The position numbers were made by a program, and so were the translations under genes. Positions 17,182 through 27,026 of a stretch of 64,000 nucleotides of DNA are shown here, piece after piece (within the stretch, counting starts at the first letter, position 1; each line of letters opens with the position of its first letter). The notes beneath the pieces were generated by a model. It saw only the letters and a program-made list of their open reading frames with translations. It searched no databases and was not told the DNA's origin. The DNA comes from Opitutia bacterium (GTDB lineage Bacteria > Verrucomicrobiota > Verrucomicrobiia > Opitutales > JABJCN01): contig JABJCN010000157.1 in NCBI GenBank assembly GCA_018668635.1, forward strand, positions 170 through 64,169, in the 5' to 3' direction.

Positions 17182-18054
17182 ATGAAATTTCCAATATCGC
17201 TTTCACTTGTTCCTTGCTTGATGGGCACCGTCTTTGCCGGGCAGAACGCGGCACCGTCATCCCATCTTGGATTTGATGACGGATTCACTGGTGATATCAT
17301 CATCAATGATGTGCGGGTGCCTGCATCCGGAGAAGCAATGTATACATACTACGAGACTCTTGGCTGGAGTGGTAAAGCAGCAGGTTACGCCGGCATACAG
17401 GCGCATCCCAGGGCACATAATTTCATATTTTCCATCTGGGACAATAAAAGCCATACGGCTCCCATAAAGGCCATACACAAGGGACCCGGGACGGAGATCC
17501 AGAAATTCGGGGGAGAAGGTACCGGCCTGAAGTCATGGAACTTTGAACTGGGCTGGGATGTTGATACCTGGTACACACTGGTGGCGCGTTGTTGGCCGGT
17601 TGGTGACCATATGCACTATGCTTATTGGTCGCGTTCGGGTAAAACCGGCAAATGGACGCACCTTGTCACCATGGATGTCGCGGTCAAGGATGCCTACTTC
17701 CAGGGTGGCACCGGGGCCTTTATTGAGGATTGGCTCGAGACCGGTGTAAATGCCCGGACAAGTCACCATCGAAATGGCTGGAAACGAAAACTGGATGGCA
17801 AATGGCATCCTTTTGGCGTGGGGCGCTATTCGGTTAACCACTGGGATCTCGACCCAGGGAAAAGATCCTTCAATTTTCGAACCAATTGGAATGCGGGTAT
17901 TGCCAGGGACGAGACAGGTCCTTACTATTTCATGACTTCAGGAGGAAAGAAGACCCGATCCACAACGAGCAACCCTTCACGATTTACCATTAAGAGAACC
18001 GAAAAGGTTCCAAGCCTTCCCGGTTTTATAATAAACGCCCACAAGTCCAAATGA
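17182..18054 (+). CDS. Secreted protein, DUF3472-like
   Basis: Signal peptide; YYETLGWSGKAAGYAGIQ....NFIFSIWD resembles the DUF3472 core as I remember it. The assignment is tentative. Confidence 0.4.
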   Translation: MKFPISLSLVPCLMGTVFAGQNAAPSSHLGFDDGFTGDIIINDVRVPASGEAMYTYYETLGWSGKAAGYAGIQAHPRAHNFIFSIWDNKSHTAPIKAIHKGPGTEIQKFGGEGTGLKSWNFELGWDVDTWYTLVARCWPVGDHMHYAYWSRSGKTGKWTHLVTMDVAVKDAYFQGGTGAFIEDWLETGVNARTSHHRNGWKRKLDGKWHPFGVGRYSVNHWDLDPGKRSFNFRTNWNAGIARDETGPYYFMTSGGKKTRSTTSNPSRFTIKRTEKVPSLPGFIINAHKSK

Positions 18055-18076
18055 GACAGGTTTAAGGTTCAGGTTT

Positions 18077-19174
18077 CTACATTTTTGTAAGGCGATTACG
18101 GGCGGCGACACTCCATGTTTCACCAGTTGCCATTCCATCTCTCACCACATGAGCCTTGTCGTGGAGGGCCACGGTCGGGCAGATATGCCAAGGCACGGTA
18201 AGAAATGCTGTTCCTATTTTAATGGAATGCGCGTCAGGGACTTCCATGACCAGATGCTCCTCACTGTGCATGACCGGTACGGCATCGGGTAATCCTGGAA
18301 TCACAACCCTTTTCTTCAACGGGTTCTCGCCGGCCACGGCCTTATGTCCAAGGTCAAGGCAGATTCGGTTTCCACCGGGCTTGCTGACAACGCGGGATAG
18401 CAGCATTGCCGCGATTTCAAAATCAAGGTCCGGGTAGGCCGAGTCGTAGCCAGCATCCCAGAGCAGGGTTGTGCCCGGGCTGCATTGCCAGCCTAGCTTG
18501 GCGAAGTGACCGAAAGTCGGACTACCACCGGTTACGATAACTGGCGGCTCCAGTCCCTCCTTCCTGAGTTGCTCAAGGAAACCAATCCAGGAATCCAGGG
18601 CTTGTTTATGCGCGTTTGTACGTTCTGCAAGGCCGGCCTCATGAATATGTCCGTCGTAAATATGAAGCCCTGCGAATTCCAGATGGGCGCAGTCCCGGAT
18701 GGTACGGCAAAGTTCGAGAGCGGCATCTCCGGGTTCGATGCCGGTACGGTGCATTCCACAATCGATATCCACGAAGAGGCTCACGTGTTTGCCCGCGGCA
18801 CCAAATGCACGGACGATCTCCAGCGAATCCACCATCGTGCTGAAACGGATATTCGAATGGCGTTCCTGCAGACCGAGGAACCTCTCTACATTCGGTCCAA
18901 CGGGTTGATAGGCAAGAAGAATGTCACGTCCACCGGCATCGGCGGTCATCTCCACTTCGGCCAGGGTTGCGCATTTGAACTGGGTGATGCCCACCGCCAC
19001 CTGCATCCTCACCACCTCCGGCATCTTGTGCGTTTTCACGTGTGGGCGAAGGCGGGTTGAATCCCCGCCCACCATTGTCAGCATCTTGCGGATGTTCAGC
19101 TCGATACGCCCAGGAAACACCAGCAGGGACGGGGAGGGGACCGAGTCCAGATTGCGGATATCATTGATTTCCAT
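18077..19174 (-). CDS. D-TA family PLP-dependent enzyme (D-threonine aldolase / D-serine dehydratase-like, alanine racemase N-terminal fold)
   Basis: PSPSLLVF...LRPHVKTHKMPEV (PLP lysine motif) and a C-terminal ...HSEEHLVM...ICPTVALH typical of the family. Confidence 0.7.
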   Translation of the reverse strand: MEINDIRNLDSVPSPSLLVFPGRIELNIRKMLTMVGGDSTRLRPHVKTHKMPEVVRMQVAVGITQFKCATLAEVEMTADAGGRDILLAYQPVGPNVERFLGLQERHSNIRFSTMVDSLEIVRAFGAAGKHVSLFVDIDCGMHRTGIEPGDAALELCRTIRDCAHLEFAGLHIYDGHIHEAGLAERTNAHKQALDSWIGFLEQLRKEGLEPPVIVTGGSPTFGHFAKLGWQCSPGTTLLWDAGYDSAYPDLDFEIAAMLLSRVVSKPGGNRICLDLGHKAVAGENPLKKRVVIPGLPDAVPVMHSEEHLVMEVPDAHSIKIGTAFLTVPWHICPTVALHDKAHVVRDGMATGETWSVAARNRLTKM

Positions 19175-19197
19175 AATCTAATCAAGATTTTCAAGAC

Positions 19198-19231
19198 TGA
19201 ATGGTTTTCAAGACTGAATGGTTGATTCACT
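19198..19231. repeat. Perfect 17-bp tandem direct repeat (TTTTCAAGACTGAATGG x2) in a divergent intergenic region
   Basis: Read directly from the sequence: 19198..19214 equals 19215..19231. Confidence 0.9.
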
Positions 19232-19257
19232 CAATTTATATTCAGGTAATAAATGTA

Positions 19258-19283
19258 TATTAACGTATTTATTCTTCACCACC
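19258..19283. promoter_or_regulatory. AT-rich inverted repeat AATAAAT-N12-ATTTATT, possible operator
   Basis: Read directly from the sequence. It lies between the divergent D-TA gene and a sulfatase gene. Function is unknown. Confidence 0.2.
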
Positions 19284-19346
19284 AAGTGGCTAAAACTCTA
19301 GATCGGACTTGCACCATGCTGTTAAACCCAACAAATTCCTAGCCCA

Positions 19347-20801
19347 ATGAAGCTAATAATTCAAAACATCCTCCTTCTGCTCATTGTCACTTCCGGGTTC
19401 GCGCGTGAAAAGCCCAACATCCTCTGGATTGTCGGCGAGAATTTTTCGATGGACCTTGCGTGTTATGGTCAAAAGAACGTTCGCACACCAAACCTTGACC
19501 GCCTGGCCCGCGAGGGTGTGCGTTACACCAAGGTTTACTCGACCTCACCCGTTTGCGCGCCAAGTCGTTCAGCATTCATAACCGGCTGGTACGCGACCAC
19601 GACCGACATGCACCATATGCGTTCGCACCGTGATGATGAATTTCGTTTGCCTGCGGGAGTGCGCCCCATTACCCATCTTCTCAAGGATGCCGGATACCAT
19701 ACCGCCAACATTACGCATATCGGCAAGAAGGAGGTGGGAACCGGGAAACTCGACCTTAACTTTGTCAACGAGGGTCCCGTTTATGCCGGCAAGGACTGGA
19801 AGGCCCTGAAGAAGAAACAACCCTTCTTCGCCCAAATCAACATGCCCGAGGCTGAGTACGATATCTATGACCGCAAGTCCGTGGAAAAACCTCGCGTCAA
19901 ATGGGTGGGGGAGGAATGGCACCCCAAGGTAGCCACCCCAGAAAATGTAACTCCTCCGCCCTACTATCCGGATCACAGGATAACTCGTGAGGAATGGGCC
20001 CGCTACCTGAATTCTGTAACCGGGACTGATGTTAGGATTGGCTGGATCCTCGACCAATTGAAGAAGGACGGGCTTAGCGACAACACCATTGTTATTTTCT
20101 TCGCTGACAACGGGCGACTGGATGCCCGTGGCATTCATTGGTGCTGGGACAGCGGGTTGCACGTCCCCATGATCATTCGTTACCCAAAGGGGGTGCCCGC
20201 ACCCAGACAGGTCACCCCGGGACGCGTGGATGAAGAGGTTCATAGTCTTCTTGATATTTCCGCCACCACCCTCTGGATGGCCGGCATTAAAAAGCCCTTC
20301 GGTATGCAGAGTCGCGTGATCATGGGCCCCGATGCCGATCCCCCGCGCAGATACGCCTTCGCGGCACGGGACCGGATTGACGAGACCGCCGTTCGTCTGC
20401 GTTCCGTGCATGATGCACGATATCACTACGTCCGCAATTATACCCCCGGCGCGGGTTTTCAGACTCTAAACCGCTACAAGGAGAAATGTTTCCTCGTGAA
20501 GCCGCTCATGCGAAAGCTTCATGCGGCCGGGAAACTGACCGGCCCGCCCGCTGACCTCATGAAGCCTTTTCCCCGGGAAATGCTATACGACACGCAGGCA
20601 GACCCGCATGAGGTCCGTAACCTGGTGAGCTCCAGGGACGTCGCTCATCAGTCTGCACTCGGTCGTCTCCGTGCCGCACTCGACACATGGATGATTGCCA
20701 CCCATGATCGCGGACACATTCCTGAACCACCTGGGGTGGTGGCACCCTTTACCAAGGAAATGCACGACTGGTTCGGCACTCCCGATTGGGTGAAGGAGTA
20801 A
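19347..20801 (+). CDS. Sulfatase (Cys-type)
   Basis: Signal peptide; ILWIVGENFS; CAPSRSAFITGWY (CxPxR); FFADNGR. Confidence 0.85.
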   Translation: MKLIIQNILLLLIVTSGFAREKPNILWIVGENFSMDLACYGQKNVRTPNLDRLAREGVRYTKVYSTSPVCAPSRSAFITGWYATTTDMHHMRSHRDDEFRLPAGVRPITHLLKDAGYHTANITHIGKKEVGTGKLDLNFVNEGPVYAGKDWKALKKKQPFFAQINMPEAEYDIYDRKSVEKPRVKWVGEEWHPKVATPENVTPPPYYPDHRITREEWARYLNSVTGTDVRIGWILDQLKKDGLSDNTIVIFFADNGRLDARGIHWCWDSGLHVPMIIRYPKGVPAPRQVTPGRVDEEVHSLLDISATTLWMAGIKKPFGMQSRVIMGPDADPPRRYAFAARDRIDETAVRLRSVHDARYHYVRNYTPGAGFQTLNRYKEKCFLVKPLMRKLHAAGKLTGPPADLMKPFPREMLYDTQADPHEVRNLVSSRDVAHQSALGRLRAALDTWMIATHDRGHIPEPPGVVAPFTKEMHDWFGTPDWVKE

Positions 20802-20876
20802 TTTCTAATTCCATCCACCGTTTTCATTCCTTTCCATTTTTTTGTCCAAAGCGTTCACTTTGGGGGTGAATTGGAT

Positions 20877-22601
20877 ATGAATCATAAATACATCATGAAA
20901 ACCTGCTGTTTCTCGATTTACTTCATATTATCCTGCTTGATGGTACCCTTGCTCTTGTCTGCGAAGGCTCCAAGGCCCAACATCGTACTAATCATGTCCG
21001 ATGACATGGGCTTTTCCGATATCGGATGCTATGGAGGTGAGATCGAGACCCCGAATCTTGATGGTCTGGCTGCCAACGGGCTTCGTTTCTCACAGTTCTA
21101 CAATGCTGCACGCTGTTGCCCGACCAGGGCGGCCCTGCTCTCGGGACTGTATCAGCATCAGGCTGGAATCGGACTTATGACTGGCGACAAGAAACTTCCG
21201 GGGTACCGGGGTGAGTTCGGCCGGAATGTATTGACCATTGCGGAGGCGATGGGTACCGCAGGATACCTAAGCTACATGAGTGGCAAGTGGCATGTGACCC
21301 GTCATGTCGGCCCCAATGGCCCGAAGGACAACTGGCCGTTGCAGCGAGGGTTCGACCGGTTCTACGGTACCATCATTGGTGCGGGCAGTTTTTACGATCC
21401 CGCAACCCTTTGTCGTGGAAACACCTACATCACACCGGTCAATGACCCGGAGTACAAACCCAAGACATACTATTATACGGATGCAATTAACGACAATGCG
21501 GTGACCTTTCTCAAGGAGCACGCAGGAAAGACTGCGGACAAGCCGTTCTTCCTGTATGTTGCCCACACGGCGGCCCATTGGCCGATGCACGCCCTGCCCA
21601 AGGATATCGCCAAGTACAATGGACGTTACGACGACGGTTTTACCCCGATTCGTGAACGACGCCTGAAACGCCTCAAGGAAATCGGCCTCATTTCCCAAGA
21701 CACGAAGATGTCACCTGGTACTGATAACTGGGAAAAGACCCCGCATAAGGAGTGGGAAAGTCGCAATATGGAGGTCTACGCCGCCATGATAGACAACATG
21801 GACCAGGGCATCGGGCGCATCATCGAAGAGGTCAAGCGCCAGGGACAGTTTGATAACACCCTGTTCCTTTTTCTGCAGGATAATGGTGGTTGTGCGGAAG
21901 GATTTGGCCGCTACACCCCGAGGAATCCATATCGTGAATACAAGCCCATGGGGCCGGATGACCTTCAAAGAAAGATTTGGCCGCCAATGCAGTCACGTGA
22001 CGGCCGTCCATTAAGGGTTGGTCCAGGGGTAATGGCTGGCCCGGAGGATACCTTTATTGGCTATGGCAGAGGCTGGGCCAATGTCTCTGACACCCCTTTT
22101 CGGGAATTCAAGCACTATGCACATGAGGGGGGTATATCCACACCGTTGATTGCCCATTGGCCCAAGGGAATTGACAAAAAACTACGAGGCAAACTGGAGC
22201 ATCAACCGGGACACGTCATAGACATTATGGCCACTTGTATCGATGTGGCCGGCGTCCAGTATCCGAAAAAGTATGGTGAGCACCAACTTGACCCGGTGGA
22301 GGGAGTCAGCCTGGTGCCGGCTTTCGCTGCCAAGCCACTGAAGCGCAAAGATGCCATCTACTTTGAACATCATCTTAATTGCGCCATCCGGGACGGGGAA
22401 TGGAAACTGGTGAGATATGGACAGACCGGCAGGCCATCCACGCTTCGACCGTGGGAACTTTTCAATATGACTAAAGATCGCTCAGAATTGAACAACCTGG
22501 CAGCAGGCAACCCTCAAAAGGTCAAGCAACTCAGTGATAAGTGGGAGGCATGGGCTGTCCGGGCCAAGGTCAAGCCCTGGCCATGGAAATTTGAGGAATA
22601 G
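20877..22601 (+). CDS. Arylsulfatase (Cys-type)
   Basis: IVLIMSDDMGFSDIGCYGGE, CCPTRAALLSGLY (CxPxR), LQDNGG, HEGGISTPLIAHWP. Alternative starts are TTG 20871 and ATG 20895. Confidence 0.85.
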   Translation: MNHKYIMKTCCFSIYFILSCLMVPLLLSAKAPRPNIVLIMSDDMGFSDIGCYGGEIETPNLDGLAANGLRFSQFYNAARCCPTRAALLSGLYQHQAGIGLMTGDKKLPGYRGEFGRNVLTIAEAMGTAGYLSYMSGKWHVTRHVGPNGPKDNWPLQRGFDRFYGTIIGAGSFYDPATLCRGNTYITPVNDPEYKPKTYYYTDAINDNAVTFLKEHAGKTADKPFFLYVAHTAAHWPMHALPKDIAKYNGRYDDGFTPIRERRLKRLKEIGLISQDTKMSPGTDNWEKTPHKEWESRNMEVYAAMIDNMDQGIGRIIEEVKRQGQFDNTLFLFLQDNGGCAEGFGRYTPRNPYREYKPMGPDDLQRKIWPPMQSRDGRPLRVGPGVMAGPEDTFIGYGRGWANVSDTPFREFKHYAHEGGISTPLIAHWPKGIDKKLRGKLEHQPGHVIDIMATCIDVAGVQYPKKYGEHQLDPVEGVSLVPAFAAKPLKRKDAIYFEHHLNCAIRDGEWKLVRYGQTGRPSTLRPWELFNMTKDRSELNNLAAGNPQKVKQLSDKWEAWAVRAKVKPWPWKFEE

Positions 22602-22642
22602 GCCAGGCCAGCTTCCTTGTTTCCTGAGCAAATAGCACCATC

Positions 22643-23488
22643 ATGAAATCATTACCTGTCACACCCCTTGTTTTCTCGTTGCTTATGGGCGTTTCAGTTA
22701 CCCACGGGGTGGACCTTACATTCTTCGGTTGGTCGGACCAGCACGTGAAAACCGATGGAAGCACCCAGCACCTTCATCCGTTTATCGATGCGATGAATGC
22801 AATGCCCGGCACCCCATACCCTGAATCAATTGGCGGGGAGGTTGGTAACCCGGCCTTCATCATCGGGGCCGGTGATGTCACGGAATGGCCCACAAATGCA
22901 GCCATGCGCGGATACGATGTGGTGCTTGCAAAGCGATTAAAGTTCAAGGCCATGGATGTGCTGGGGAACCATGATGACGGCGGCCTGGCCTTTTCACCCA
23001 CAATGTTGAACTGGTGTAAGCGCCGGCATGGTAGCCTGAGCTATGTTTTCCAGGAGGGTGGGGTTCGCTTTATTGCGCTATGGTCCAAGTTTGACCCCAA
23101 GGGGAAGCCATTTCAAGCGATCACAGCAGAGTCTCTTGGGTACCTGAAGACCGAACTCACCAAGGCACCTGGAGGACAACCCATCGTCCTCTTCACTCAC
23201 CTTTGTTATGATGCCATGACAAATCGGGATGAACTGATAAAGGTCATTGGTGATGCCAATGTGGTCCTTATCCTTGGTGGCCATTACCACAAGGCCACTT
23301 TTCATAGTTACAAGGGACGCAACTGGGTCCAGTTGCCTTCACCGAAGTCGGACTTTAACCATTTCACGGTTCTTCGCATTACCGATGATCGACTACTTGC
23401 CCTGCCCTATGATTTCGTTAAGAAGGAATGGGTTTCCAATCCACGACAGGCGCTTGACCTTCGGATAGGAGAAGCAGTAAATAAATAG
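22643..23488 (+). CDS. Metallophosphoesterase (calcineurin-like), secreted
   Basis: Signal peptide; GAGDVTEW, VLGNHDDG, LFTHLC, GGHYH metal-binding motifs in the canonical order. Confidence 0.65.
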   Translation: MKSLPVTPLVFSLLMGVSVTHGVDLTFFGWSDQHVKTDGSTQHLHPFIDAMNAMPGTPYPESIGGEVGNPAFIIGAGDVTEWPTNAAMRGYDVVLAKRLKFKAMDVLGNHDDGGLAFSPTMLNWCKRRHGSLSYVFQEGGVRFIALWSKFDPKGKPFQAITAESLGYLKTELTKAPGGQPIVLFTHLCYDAMTNRDELIKVIGDANVVLILGGHYHKATFHSYKGRNWVQLPSPKSDFNHFTVLRITDDRLLALPYDFVKKEWVSNPRQALDLRIGEAVNK

Positions 23489-23724
23489 TTCACCCGTAAT
23501 GGCATGGGGTCTTCAAGGGAATATACTTGTTGAATAGAGAGAGTCTGGCTATTTCTTCATGTGGCGAACTTTTAATAAAGAATGACTAAGCCAATCTATT
23601 GTTGGCTAAAATTTAATGGTATATTGATGCTGAATTTAAAATTTCCTGTCCAAAATCTTCTTCCTTGGGAGTGAGATAGTGTGGAATTCATTTATCAGAG
23701 TCCCAATACCCGACATCGTTCACC

Positions 23725-26700
23725 ATGAAAATACAAATACCACTCCTCTGTGTTCTGCTTGCGAACATCCTGTTCACTGAGGCTCTTGCCAACCCAATAC
23801 GGGTCCTTTTCCTCGGCCATGAAAGCAAGCATCACAATTCCAACGACTATTACCCCATGCTGGCCAAGGCCCTTGGTCGTGATGCCATTTACTTCGACTA
23901 TGTGACCAGTGTGGAGGAGGCCCTTGACGATTCGGGGTACCTCGGCCGTTTCGACGCCCTCCTTCTCTATGCAAATCATCCCCGGTTGACGGCCGGGCAG
24001 TGGAAGAACCTGCAGGAATACGTGCAGGGCGGCGGCGGGTTTGTGCCCGTGCACTGCGCAAGCTGGTGCTTCTCCAATGTTCCCGGGTTTGACCAGTTGG
24101 TTGGCGGGCGCTTCAAGAGCCACCAGACCGGCACCTTTACGACCCCGATCGTCAAGGCCGACCATCCCGCAATGGAAGGCGTCAAGGAGTTTGAGGCCTG
24201 GGACGAGACCTACTTTCATCACAACCACAATGAAAAGAATCGCACCGTGCTCATGGTGCGGGAGCCCATGAAGGGGGACCCCCACACCAAGCCGGAGCCC
24301 TGGACCTGGGTGCGCACTGAGGGCAGGGGGCGTGTTTTCTACACGGCCTCCGGGCATGACCAGCGGGTCTGGGACAATCCCGGGTTCCACCAGCTCATGA
24401 AAAGCGGAATCCTCTGGGCGGTCGGAGACAAGGCTAAGGCCCGTTACAAGAAGTTCATTACAGGTCGGACACCGCTCAAGTATGAGAAGCGCGACAACAT
24501 CCCCAACTACGAACGCCGTCTGGAACCCTTGCCATATCAGCTTCCTCTCTCAGCCTCGGACAGTATGAAATACACACAGGTGCCTGTTGGATTCAAGTTG
24601 GAGCTCTTTGCCTCCGAACCGGACATCATCAATCCCATCTATTTTCAATGGGATGAACGTGGGCGGCTCTGGGTGGTGGAGTCAGTCGACTATCCCAATG
24701 AAATCAAGGCTGGGCGGAAGGGCAATGACCGTGTAAAGATTTGCGAGGACACCAATGGGGACGGGCGGGCCGACAAGTTTACCGTCTTTGCGGACGGCCT
24801 CAATATCCCGACCTCCATGACTTTTGCGCGTGGCGGTGTCATCCTGGCTCACGCCCCGGAGTTTCTTTTTCTGAAGGACACCAACGGGGATGACAGGGCC
24901 GACGTCCGGGAGGTGTTGTTCACCGGATTTGGGGTTGGCGACACCCATGCCGGTCCCAGTAACCTACGCTATGGCTTTGACAACTGGATTTATGGCACGG
25001 TCGGCTATTCCCGCTTCAACGGTGAGGTCAATGGTACACGTCACAATTTCGGATCCGGTATCTTTCGCTTCAAGTCGGATGGTTCAGAAATCGAGTTCCT
25101 GCACCAGTTCAACAACAACACGTGGGGCGTAGGTTTCAATGAGGTGGGCGACGTGTTCGGTTCCACCGCCAACAATAATCCAAGCTTCTTTGGCGGCATT
25201 CCCAACACCGTCTATGGTGGACAGCGGCGCATGAGCGCCAAGATGATTGCAAGTTCCCCCAGGTTTCACCCGATCACACCCAACATCCGCCAGGTCGATG
25301 CTTTCAATGCCTATACTGCCGGGTGTGGTCATTCCTTTGCAACATCATCCGGTTTTCCGGAGCCCTGGAGGGGCAACCGGGCCTTTGTCTGTGGCCCGAC
25401 CGGTAATCTCCTTGGCATGTATGACGTAGGGGCCAAGGGGTCTGGCTACGAGTCCGTCAATGCCTACAGTTTCGTCGCCAGTGCAGATGAATGGTTCTCG
25501 CCGATCGTGGCCGAGGTCGGTCCGGATGGAAACATGTGGATTGCTGACTGGTACAACTTCATCATTCAGCATAACCCGACCCCCAGTGCGGGTCGCGGAG
25601 GATATAATGCTCAGCGAGGTACCGGCAATGCCCACGTAAATCCAAACCGCGACCGAAAGCACGGCCGCATCTACCGCGTGGCCTATGAAAGAAATAAAAG
25701 TAAGGGGATGAGCCTGGCAAAGGCCGGGAGCGCTGCCCTCGTGTCCGCACTCGACTCCGACAACCAGTTCTGGCGGTTGACGGCCCAGCGCCTGCTGGTC
25801 GATGGCCAAAGGAAGGATGCCGCACCTGCCCTGCGCAAGCGCACCAAGGGTGGGGGAGTCGGTGCAATTCACGCCCTCTGGGCTTTGGAGGGGCTTGGTG
25901 AACTCGATGCCGACACGCACCGTGCCTGCCTGATTAGCGCGAATCCTTCCCTGCGCCGCAATGCGGTGCGTGCACTTGGCGCCGATGACGCATCGACGCA
26001 ATTACTCTACGACAGTGCAACACTTGCCGACAAGGACCTGCAGGTTCGACTCGTTGCCTTTACCAAGTTGGCCGCCCTGCCGGAAAGCGATTCCCACAAG
26101 AAAACGGCCTCCTTGTTAATGAAGCAGCCTGACAATGCAAAGGATGAATGGCTTCGTTTGGCTCTTCAGGCCATTGGTGTCGAGGAGATGAACGTCGTTG
26201 GCTACAAGCGCGGCCCAAATCTCCTGCCCAATCCGTCCTTTGAAGAGGTTGGCAAAAACAAACTGCCTGTTGGGTGGAAGGAACGTACCTACAGTCGGCG
26301 GAATCCTGATCTCAAGCACACACTTGAGACACGCAAGGAATATGTACGCAGTGGGAATACTTCATTGCTTATAAGCTCCAATACACGACACGATTCCAGC
26401 CTATATGCATCGGTTAAGCTAAAGGGGGGGCGAAAGTATTTGCTGAGCGCATGGATTCGCACTGAAAAACTATCCGGCACCGGTAATGGAGCCCTTATGG
26501 GGGTACACGAGTTGCAGCACGCAGCGAAAACCAAGGGTCTCAAGAATACAGCCAAGTGGCAGAAGGTGGAAACAGAGTTCCTTAATCAACAGGATCGTGC
26601 TGTTACGGTTAATTGTCTCTTCGGTGGTTGGGGCCAATCCAGTGGCAGTGCCTGGTGGGATGATGTTTCACTCACTGAGATTGTGCCGATTTACAAGGAA

Positions 26701-27006
26701 AAGATCAAGGAGTCTGCCGAAGGAAAATCGGTTGCCGGCGAGAAAATCGTCAAGACCCACGTCTTGGCCGGATGCATTCGCTGCCACTCCCTTGACGGCA
26801 AGGGTGGGAACATTGGCCCGGCACTGGATGGAATTGCCTCCCGCAAGGAGCGTGAATATATCTACCAAAGCCTGGTCAACCCGACCGCACAACTGGCGGA
26901 AGGCTTTGACAAACTGGGTGCCAGCCCCATGCCTCCCATGAACATTCTACTCAATGACCAGGAGATTGCCGATGTCATGGCCTACCTGATGACCCTTAAA
27001 AAATAA
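23725..27006 (+). CDS. PVC-type multidomain oxidoreductase: ThuA-like + membrane-bound-dehydrogenase (SGDH-like propeller) + HEAT repeats + CBM-like + C-terminal CxxCH cytochrome c domain
   Basis: ThuA-like region: RVLFLGHES...GGGFVPVHCAS...RVFYTASGHD. Dehydrogenase domain: FKLELFASEPDIINP...RLWVVES...DTNGDGRADK. HEAT-like region: LWALEGLGEL...LRRNAVRALG. Heme site: CIRCHSLDGKGGNIGPALDG. Confidence 0.75.
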   Translation: MKIQIPLLCVLLANILFTEALANPIRVLFLGHESKHHNSNDYYPMLAKALGRDAIYFDYVTSVEEALDDSGYLGRFDALLLYANHPRLTAGQWKNLQEYVQGGGGFVPVHCASWCFSNVPGFDQLVGGRFKSHQTGTFTTPIVKADHPAMEGVKEFEAWDETYFHHNHNEKNRTVLMVREPMKGDPHTKPEPWTWVRTEGRGRVFYTASGHDQRVWDNPGFHQLMKSGILWAVGDKAKARYKKFITGRTPLKYEKRDNIPNYERRLEPLPYQLPLSASDSMKYTQVPVGFKLELFASEPDIINPIYFQWDERGRLWVVESVDYPNEIKAGRKGNDRVKICEDTNGDGRADKFTVFADGLNIPTSMTFARGGVILAHAPEFLFLKDTNGDDRADVREVLFTGFGVGDTHAGPSNLRYGFDNWIYGTVGYSRFNGEVNGTRHNFGSGIFRFKSDGSEIEFLHQFNNNTWGVGFNEVGDVFGSTANNNPSFFGGIPNTVYGGQRRMSAKMIASSPRFHPITPNIRQVDAFNAYTAGCGHSFATSSGFPEPWRGNRAFVCGPTGNLLGMYDVGAKGSGYESVNAYSFVASADEWFSPIVAEVGPDGNMWIADWYNFIIQHNPTPSAGRGGYNAQRGTGNAHVNPNRDRKHGRIYRVAYERNKSKGMSLAKAGSAALVSALDSDNQFWRLTAQRLLVDGQRKDAAPALRKRTKGGGVGAIHALWALEGLGELDADTHRACLISANPSLRRNAVRALGADDASTQLLYDSATLADKDLQVRLVAFTKLAALPESDSHKKTASLLMKQPDNAKDEWLRLALQAIGVEEMNVVGYKRGPNLLPNPSFEEVGKNKLPVGWKERTYSRRNPDLKHTLETRKEYVRSGNTSLLISSNTRHDSSLYASVKLKGGRKYLLSAWIRTEKLSGTGNGALMGVHELQHAAKTKGLKNTAKWQKVETEFLNQQDRAVTVNCLFGGWGQSSGSAWWDDVSLTEIVPIYKEKIKESAEGKSVAGEKIVKTHVLAGCIRCHSLDGKGGNIGPALDGIASRKEREYIYQSLVNPTAQLAEGFDKLGASPMPPMNILLNDQEIADVMAYLMTLKK

Positions 27007-27026
27007 TTTTTCATTCCAATTCAATC

